A DNA stretch of 63,782 bases, the filler included, from Intoshia linei (Eukaryota; Animalia; Orthonectida): assembly GCA_001642005.1 (NCBI GenBank). It is 4 parts of 4 records of this genome, joined end to end, with 100 filler letters (N's around TTAATTAATTAA, not from the genome) between each part and the next. Parts side by side here need not be neighbours in the genome. Positions count along the whole stretch, not along the records: positions 26,692 to 58,364 come from LWCA01000339.1; positions 58,465 to 60,765 come from LWCA01002379.1; positions 60,866 to 63,782 come from LWCA01002185.1; 1 more part is not named here. One strand, 5' to 3'. The notes under the pieces were generated by a model, which did not search any database, was not told the origin of the DNA, and worked only from the letters and a program-made list of their open reading frames with translations. The position numbers and the translations under genes are program-made. Shown here piece by piece: positions 54,872 through 63,782 of this stretch (its first letter is position 1; every line of letters begins with the position of its first letter).

Positions 54872-57213
54872 CTAATATTGAATTGATGCATTGTAACCAG
54901 CATACAATTTTAGATGTAGATTATATAAATTTAAAAATACTCGTTCTAATAAGGGTTTAGCTTTCAATGGTTTTTGGAGAGATAAATAAAATAATGCAAT
55001 AATTTTACAGTATTTTGCAATGTTTAAACTTGTTGTTCCGTAAATGTTTTCTTTGTAGTTTAAATTCTCCAATATTGCATCAATAGCATTCTTATTTTAG
55101 AAAAAATTAGATAAGTATTTTCGTTTAAATTTACTTGTTTTTCAAAGTCTGAATCAGCTGAAACAAAACTGAGTTCTGCAATATTATCATGGATTTTACA
55201 ACATAGTTTGTTCTCACGAGAATCGTTCCATTTTATACAGTTTGTGAGTGCTTTTCTGAAACATGATAATGCATCTATTTTAATGGTTTAATTATTTTTA
55301 TTGTTTAATATTACCTTTATAATTATTTAATTTTTTGTTAATATTTCCTTCTACTAAATGTAATTTGGCCAATTCTTTATATGAAACTGGCTCACTACAA
55401 TATAATTAATATATATTTATCAACTAATGTTACGTGTTTGCAACTGATTTTGTGTATTCGATTATTGTTAGGGATCTTTTCGTATTGATTGTTGAAAAAA
55501 AGTATTATTAAGAAATATATACATTGTATCTTTTTGATTACATTAATAAATATTTTATCAAAATCAAATGCATGTAGTATCAACTCATCGCATTTAAATA
55601 AAAATTATACTACGGCTTTTAGATATGAGATTTATGTTTTTTGCATAAATCACTATTCTGTTAATGTGTTAATATGTATCAAAGGAAAACTAAATAAATC
55701 CAGCATTCCTAAAGTCGACTACACAAATTTTGGATCTGTTAAAATTATATTTTATTACACTTTTTAAAAAATTATAAAATTTTTTACAATTTTGTTAATA
55801 AAAATGAAAATGTTTGTCTACAAGTAGTTCAGTGGTTCCCGATTCAAATAGTCCACTGACCACCATTTCAAAATATCCATTTTTTTAACCTAATGGAAAA
55901 ATGAAATATAAAACATTTATGAAAAAATTATAGGTTTTTTCTCATAAGATTTAATAAAATCGTGTTTTTCAAAAATAAATTAGAAAAAAGGGATTTTTCC
56001 ACTAAAGTTTGATAAAATTGGATTTCTATTGTGGGTTTTGGTTAGGAAGTTGTTGCTCATAAAAATTAGTAAAATCCGAATTTTGAAAAAAGAGGATACA
56101 TTTTCTTAAGCGTTCGTAAAATTGTATTTTTATTTTGGGGTTGGAATAGTGTTTTCTGATAAGATTTGGTGAAATCGTGTTTTTCAAAAATATTGGAAAA
56201 ATGGGTTTTTTATTTTGTGGTTTCGTTAAGTCTATTTTTCCCTGAGGGTTTGAAATGGTATTTTTTTATTAAATCTTATTTATGATTGCATCAAAGTAGG
56301 GTTTTTTAAATAATAATGTAGCGGTACCCAAGCTTGAGGATAAATACCCAACATCTGGCAATCTATAATAAATATTAAAAATTTTTCAATATTTTATTTG
56401 AATCTCACGGACCCAGACTCCAGAGACTCCAATTGTGGACCACTGATCTAGTTGTAGTCAATTTATTAGAATTTAAAAAAATAAATTTTGGGATAATTTT
56501 TGAAATCATTAACTTAATTTATCGTAAATGGTATATTCAAAAACTAGCTATTATTCACATTGTCAAAATAACACATTATCCATTATTTTGAAATTAAACA
56601 ACCAAGAATTTAAAAAAAACACAACTAATACATTTATTTGCAGATAACATACACAAAAAATGTAAATATCAAAACGTGACTTGTCTCCATAGTCAAAAAA
56701 ACAAGTCATGAATTATTCTATTTTTTTCACAAAAATATTAAATAATGATCTGAAATTTAAAAAAAAATTATCTGATATAGTTTATTCTGGTTGAGGAAAA
56801 ATATAAACCTCAAAAGGCTACACATATACTTGCCAGATCTAATCGTTGTTTGTACGAAATAAACAACAACAAAGCTAGTATGTCATAAAAGGATATTTTA
56901 ATAATTCTGCAATAGATATTAATGTATTTGATTTTTTCGTCTATTGAATTTTGAGAATTCAATGAATGCATTTTTAAAAAAATTTCATAAAATTGGACAG
57001 CTTTATCATCTTTCATGTTTTGGTAACAACTAAATAATATTTATAATATATTTAACATAAATTTAAATGTTAATAATAAAATAAATTAATATGTTTAACT
57101 ATTACGGTTTAAAATTTTTATCACTAATACCATATTCTCTCTAGTTTACCAGTGCTAAGAATCCCAATTTTGGACTCAACATAATTTTGGCGTAAAAGAG
57201 AAACGATAACCAT
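54872..57213 (-). CDS. TPR-like helical repeat protein (TTC23-like?), exon structure partly unresolved
   Basis: Spliceable exons YKELAKLHLVEGNI, ALSCFRKAL, IHDNIAEL, KENIYGTTSLNIAKYCKIIALFYLSLQKPLKAKPLLERV. The middle junctions and the start are uncertain. Confidence 0.5.
55830..56445. mobile_element. hAT non-autonomous element (CAGTGG TIR); relatives at ~41553-43000 and ~61390-61800
   Basis: TIR cagtggt / accactg; TSD aagtagtt / atctagtt (6/8); shared segments cccaacatctgg and gaatctcacggaccc. Confidence 0.75.
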
Positions 57214-58364
57214 TAATCTGTATTTTCAAACTCTTTTTTTAATTAATGCAAAAAGTCTGAATTTTTATGACTGTTAGCAAAATTTGAGTACAACATGGCG
57301 CTCAAAATAAAAACTTTCATATTTCCCCTCTCGTTACTATTAATGGTTTGAATGTGTCCACTAGGGCCATTTCCGATTTGGACTTTTTTTGAAATTTAAA
57401 AGACATAGATAATAATCTCCATTTAATTTGCTGCAGAAATAATAATTTTTTTTTATTTTCGTCACAAAAAACACCCGCGTCTTTACCTTTTTCTGTTTTC
57501 CTAACATTTTTCATAGTAAAATAAATATGGCAACATTTTCCCCCGTAATTGGCATTCATTTATTATAATTTTAAGATATAACATAGATCATGTGACACTA
57601 ATCATATTAATTCAAAAAAATCAATAAAAAATCGTTTTTTTTAGACACAGTTAACGGACAAACTTTTTGTCATTTAAAAAAAAGACATGAATTTATATGA
57701 ACTGGGTCAAAATATTTTAAATGCTTCTACTCAAATATTTTTTAAGTACTATTGTAAAAAAATAATTTTTTTAACATTTTGTAAGTTTATAATTTAGTTA
57801 AATTAAAATTACTAAAAAGAAAGTAAAAATGTAAAATTTAATTCATCAATTTTGTGAATATTTTATTACCGTAGAATCTACGGCGTAGATACTATTTATA
57901 TGGCTACCTGGTAATTATACGTTATTTTAGTAAGCTCATACTTTATTTTGGTAGTAAATACTCTATATTAGTAAATTACATACAAATTGTACTTTATTTT
58001 AGTAATACGTAATTTATTATAAAAGTGAAAAATTTTTTAAATTTAATCTCATAAAAAAAATATTCTCTGGTGTCACCATAGAATATTTCTAATTTTTTTG
58101 TAATATGGTTTGTAGGTATCTTAATATTTCAGTTTTAACTTGGGTATGTAGTGGATAATATATTTCGAAAACTAGATTTTTAATTTTGAAAATAGGATGC
58201 AACAAACAAATTTTTTTTAACGACTTTATACCGAACAAAGAAGTTAAAGAAATATTTTACATAAATATTTAGTTTCTGGCCCATTATTGTAACGCCCAAA
58301 TGGTTAAATTCAGATAAATAGATGTAGATGACAAAATAATATAATATATTGTCCAGAAATAGCT

Positions 58365-58464
58365 NNNNNNNNNNNNNNNNNNNNNNNNNNNNNNNNNNNN
58401 NNNNNNNNTTAATTAATTAANNNNNNNNNNNNNNNNNNNNNNNNNNNNNNNNNNNNNNNNNNNN
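58365..58464. other. Artificial assembly spacer
   Basis: Identical 100-nt structure. Confidence 0.97.
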
Positions 58465-58517
58465 AATTAAATATCCCTAAAAAATCGATCGCAAATCGGC
58501 AAATCTTTACTTATATA

Positions 58518-58746
58518 CAGAGGTAATATCAGCAATGCTGTATTTTGCTGTCCGTACAACAAGTGCTTATATTTTTTATAATGTTTTTATAAATGAATAA
58601 TTGTTAATTAGCAAATTTCACCTATATTTTATAGTAATTTTTTTTTAAATCTTTTGCTGGAAAAACAGCCTTGCTGTATCGGGACAACAGCCGCTGTTGC
58701 TGTTACCAGCAAACTTCGCTGGTACCAGCAATTCCACACATCTCTG
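58518..58746. mobile_element. hAT-type MITE with CAGC/GCTG subterminal repeats
   Basis: Ends cagag / ctctg; perfect TSD cttatata. Confidence 0.8.
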
Positions 58747-59393
58747 CTTATATAATATGCTTGTCAGTGAGTGTGTTATCGTTTATTTTAATAACTACCA
58801 GTCTTAAAATTTTATAAAGTCTACATATCTATTATAATTTTTTCCGGGTATTAGTAAGATAGATTTCAATTTCCCAAACTCACATCTTACGGGTCAATAA
58901 ACCTTATTGTTATTTTTTTAAAAATCAAACGAGTTCTAGAATTTAAAAAAATATACACTTCTGATACCGATTTTAAAATCATAAAAATTATCATAAATTT
59001 AAATTTAAAAAAAGTATATCCCTAAAGTAAAACCCTAAATTACACTTATTTTTTTAATGAAAACAGCCCTAGAATTTAAAAAAAATTAAATAAATAGATG
59101 GTACAGTTGTATCCTGTTAACACACACAAAAAATTTCAATTTGAATAAAATAGCCTTCACGGTGAAAAAAGCATTTTTGTATTCATAAATTTTTTTTCAA
59201 AATATTTTATTAACAATGTAAAACAAAAAATGTGAAATAATTAACCTTCCAAAAATTAAAAAAAAGATTATTCTGATAGAGATTATTTCAGTTGATAGGA
59301 ATATATTATACACAAATTCTTAGGACCGTCAAAGAATCGAAATTGAATTGATATTACATTACTTATATAAAACATATAATTTTAATGAATTAC

Positions 59394-60746
59394 GAATCGC
59401 TTTTAAAATTATTTGCATTTGTATTTAAATAATATGGTCCAGTTTTACCCAAAGATCCATAAATATTTATAAAAACATTGCTATTTGTGTATCCATTTTT
59501 ACCGGTGAATACTTCAATTTCATATTTAGTTTCTAAAAAGTTTACATTAAGGAAATTCATTTTATAAATCAAATGTTAACAATTTGTAAATTACTTTTTC
59601 TGTCAATTTGGAATGATTTATTTGAATATAAAATTTTTTCTACAATTTGTTTTCTGCAATTTACTTGTAAGAATTCATTACAAGGAAATTCGCTATTCCA
59701 TTTTTTATTTATTAAATCATCTACATTGACCTAAAATTTACATTTACTAATACACGTTATGATTTTATCAGTTTATTTTAATTATTAAATAAAATTTTAA
59801 ATCATCAAATAATAATTATGCATAAAAAATAAAGTTTTCTAAAATCGTTTTTAAAAAATGATTTGTCCCTAAAAATTAGTTTTTAAATAAAATTTTAAAC
59901 AAAATGGTCATAAAAATATTTTTTTCCGTATGTAAGCGTTAATAAGAGTTAATTTAAAATTGAAAAAAACCCTCGCAAAATGTATAGAAATAAATTCAAA
60001 AATACTTTCAACAAATTCCAACTATTTCTTTCTTTGTTTTTTGATTTTGGAATCAACTCGATTCTAAATTTTTGTTATTATTATTATTAATAATTATTAA
60101 TAACATACATTATATACATCTATCAATTAATATACATAATGTATTTACTTTATTTTTACTAAAGGTCCAATACATATGGATTTAAAATAAAATGTATCAA
60201 TTTTTTCACTATTAAAAATATTATTAGATTTGTTAGTTAAAGGAAATTTTGCAGTTTCGCAAGATTCTCCGTACAACGTAATAAACACATTTCCAATTGT
60301 ACCCGAACCCTTGGTATTTCCAGTTTTTGTTTTAATTTGATACACTATAATAAAAGTTACATTAATAAACTAAAAATTAGGAAATGAGGAAATTACCTGT
60401 ATGCCTATATTGAATTGGGTAAAAAGTTTTAATTTGTACACAATCAGCAATACAATTTGACAACCAAGATTTACAATCAAAATGTAATAAATTTTTAGAA
60501 TTAGATAGTTGAATAGTTATACTATCCGCATACCATTTAATGGGTTTATTTATATTTTTATTGTAAATCTAAAAAAATTTATAATTTTTAAATGACAACA
60601 ATACTTCCAATTCAATATACAACAATTTTCCAATATCGGTAGCCGTAATATAAATGCATTTTGCTGTTCCTCGTTTAAATTTTTTCACAATCAGCGACAT
60701 GTCCGTTTCTCGTAAAATTGGGTCAACTTCCGTTAATGTTTTTGGA
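59394..60746 (-). CDS. Multi-PLAT/LH2-domain protein fragment (LOXHD1-like), partial between gaps
   Basis: At least three PLAT units: FKRG...DIGKL..IEL / WYADSI...FDCKSWL; YQIKTKTG...GTIGNVFITLYGE...IGPLVKIK; YEIEVFTG...TNSNVFINIYGSLGKTG. Confidence 0.8.
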
Positions 60747-60765
60747 CTGTGGTATAAAATGTTAT

Positions 60766-60865
60766 NNNNNNNNNNNNNNNNNNNNNNNNNNNNNNNNNNN
60801 NNNNNNNNNTTAATTAATTAANNNNNNNNNNNNNNNNNNNNNNNNNNNNNNNNNNNNNNNNNNNN
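60766..60865. other. Artificial assembly spacer
   Basis: Identical 100-nt structure. Confidence 0.97.
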
Positions 60866-61860
60866 TAGTATATTGATTTTGTAGATAATGATACCGTTAT
60901 ATATGACTCCAATAATGACACTATTTTGCAGTAAGCGAGACAAGTTGGTCAAACATTTGTCAGTTGTCATTCCATATGATTTACCTCTACATTTATTAAG
61001 TCTATTCAAATTAACTTTTTCTCTATTCATTGCAATAGCTTATATATTAATAATAAATCCAATTTATTAAGAAACGTATAGTATTCAAGATACAATTGGT
61101 GTTGTTATATAGATAGTTTAGTTTACTACTTATTGAAAAAAGGATTAATTCACAATTAAAATGTACAATATTACAAATGTATACGTTTTAATAATAATAA
61201 TTATAAAAATAGTATTTTAAATAACTTTAACTTCTTATTAATTTATATTTAAATATGCACGGGTCCTCGCCTGAGCAAATGTTAATATCATGGTCTATAA
61301 ATTTTTATATACCATCCTTGAGGTAAATGGGAAACATTGGCGAGGTATACTTTTTCTATAAAAAAAGTTGGACACCCTACTGTACATACACAATTTCAAA
61401 ATATTTATTTTTTTGGACCCAAAGGAAACTTGAAATATAAAAAATTAAAGATTTTTTCTTATAAGATTTGTTAAAATCGTTTTTTTCAAAAAAATATTGG
61501 AAAAAGGGGATTTTTCCATTAAGTGTTGGTAAAATTTGATTTTTTATTTTGGGTTTTTGATTAGGATGTAGTTTATCATAAGATTTGATAAGATCGTAAA
61601 AAGAATATTAATTTTCTTAAGGGTTGGTAAATTGGATTATTTATTTGGTCGATTTTTCAATAAAATATCGGTAAAAGTATTTTTTATTTAATTTTATTTA
61701 TGGTGGGTTAAAAGTGGGATTTTTGAAATTCTAATGTAGCGGTCAACTAGACTTTGGATAAATTCCCAACATCTGGAAACTATGTCATAAACATTAAAAT
61801 ATAACCATTGTTTAGCAATTATTTCAAGCATTAACATTGTATTTTCAATTTATTTTTTAG

Positions 61861-62806
61861 CAAAATACTCCAAATTTGAACGGTGCTTGTCTACTGTGTG
61901 TGATAAAACATTACCAGATGTGGAATTTTCCATGAAAAATTATAACAATAACAGGTAATAATATGGTGTACAATAAGTAACGTAACGAGTCGATTTTAAC
62001 CTTGTTGACAATATAATGGGGCCAATTAACAAAGGTTTTGTTACATTTAATTTTTAAATATGTTATGTCCAGTGCGACCTTAAAACCTATGTAATAATGC
62101 ATACTATAAATTGACTCATTATATATTTTGACAGTTAACGTTGAATATATTGTTTTATGTTAATTTGCATTTAGGTTGTATTACGATGCTTATCGATTAA
62201 AACTGCTTGAATTTAATGAAAAAAGTGAAACAGAAAAATCATTGTATAGAGTAGAAATCAAGGAATTGGAAAACAATTTAATTAAATACCGAGAAAATTT
62301 TGAACAAAGTCGGGATAAACTTAAAGTCAAGATTGACATGTTTGAGAAATATAGGGTTTGTTTTCATTTGATTACAAAATTTGTATTTTGTTGTGTGTTG
62401 TTAAAAATGGATTATTTTATTATGTGTTTGGAACTACGATTTTTCTTTACCAATTTTCAAAAATTGAATATTCTTGGTTCCATTTTTTTTATAATTAATA
62501 ATTTTGTAAGACACAAAAAGTTAAATTTAAATAAATAAAATGTATAATTAAAAAATTTTATATATTTAACTGGGGTCGCCTATACCGACAAAATTAATTG
62601 GAATTTACAATTTATTAAAATTAGAAGTTAATGTATAATTCTACATAAAATGAATTTATTTTTATTTCTGTTTAAAAAAACTTTAGTTGACTGTTTTGGA
62701 GAAGGGTTTAAAAGAATTTAAAGATTTTCATCAACAATATTACAAAATTACCGAACGAAAGCCAAGTGGAAGTCCTCGAGAAACAACAAATTTATTTATA
62801 CATTAA
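61861..62806 (+). CDS. Arfaptin-like AH/BAR-domain protein, C-terminal exons (5' partial)
   Basis: Spliced: LSTVCDKTLPDVEFSMKNYNNNR|LYYDAYR...RENFEQSRDKLKVKIDMFEKYR|LTVLEKGLKEF...*, paralleling arfaptin KT.EDT...KQYE.AR.EYDAYR...K.EK.R.DV..KL..LE. Confidence 0.75.
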
Positions 62807-63782
62807 CTGTTATTTTTGTTTGTACAATTTATTAGAAATACATCATTTTTGATTACTTCTTAATTGTTTGTTTAGAAAGTGCAGGGGGATCACTGATCAA
62901 AGTTGATAATAGATTTGAGTATATGAAAAATGTTACACTTTAATTTCTTATTTCTATTAATTACTTTATTAATCATAATGGTGATTATTGACCTTTTTAT
63001 GTTCATTACAATTAAAATTATTATTCTGGAATAACTCCTTAACTGCTAAGTTTGGAATCTTAATTATTACAGAAAAGGATATGATGTAATTTTTGGATGA
63101 TGATTTTTGCATTAAAATACTTTATCGTTGGAGAAACATTATTTACATTGTTACTAAATCTATTATAGACAGATTATTACATGTATATTAGGATGTCACA
63201 TTTTTTGGAAAATTTTAGAATTCGATGGGTAATTAGCACTAAAAGTGTGTATTTTTAAAATACAAAAACTAATTCGCAATCAAAAATATTTAAAGCTATC
63301 TATTCGAGTTGCGTTTGTCATTTTAAATATCACTGTATAAATATTATGAAGAAATTAAAACTGAACTTTATTTTAACGGAAATCGGCGTTTAAGCTTTTA
63401 AACGTGGTACCCCGCTTTTATAATACTGTTCTCCATGTTTAGTTTGTTTTGTCCATGTGTTATGTTTAGTGTTAGTGCATAGTCCATGTTAGTTATACAG
63501 TTTATTTTTTTAAATTTGTTTCTAGCTCAATTTTGTTGGATTTTATTAACGATTTAATTTCTCGAATTCTGGTTATTTACAATATAATAAATTCATTCAA
63601 ATACAAAACATTCACGATCTTGTTAGTCATGTTTGCAAAAATAAAGTCATGTTTGCAATAAATATGATCAATACAGAGATTCCATAATATACCAAAATTT
63701 ATTACATAATTTTTTTAAAATAACTTTGAAGTCATTTTTAAGAAGCACAAATTAAATTAATCTTTTACAATATATTCGGGAA

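Noticed and set aside
60885-61110. Possible upstream exons of the arfaptin-like gene
   Set aside because: No convincing motif or phase-consistent junction found by eye.

Overview
Very AT-rich eukaryotic (metazoan-type) genomic DNA with many tiny GT-AG introns (typically 35-45 nt) and larger introns filled with non-autonomous DNA transposons. This style resembles a reduced parasitic animal genome such as an orthonectid; that is an inference, not established. The window is four contigs joined by identical artificial 100-nt spacers (44 N + TTAATTAATTAA + 44 N). Manual splicing gives about 16 genes: small HERC E3 ligase (+), ferrochelatase (+), equilibrative nucleoside transporter (-), leucine aminopeptidase (+), calmodulin/myosin-light-chain-like EF-hand protein (-), MIB2-like ligase N-terminus (+, partial), mitoguardin (-, partial), exosome RNase-PH subunit (+), a two-exon orphan (+), arylsulfatase (+), UBE2L3-like E2 (-), MUS81 (+), a lectin-like/CUB/Sushi single-pass receptor (+), a TPR-like protein (-), a multi-PLAT protein (-, partial) and an arfaptin-like BAR protein (+, partial). 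Repeats include several hAT MITEs with perfect 8-bp TSDs (some nested) and a Helitron-like family. No rRNA, tRNA or CRISPR was seen. I cannot demonstrate a wholly new system. The best leads are a ferrochelatase with no presequence and apparently rewired Fe-S ligands, ultra-tight gene packing with acceptor-like AGs just before start codons (possible operon/trans-splicing), and the unusual receptor. Exon boundaries are read by eye.
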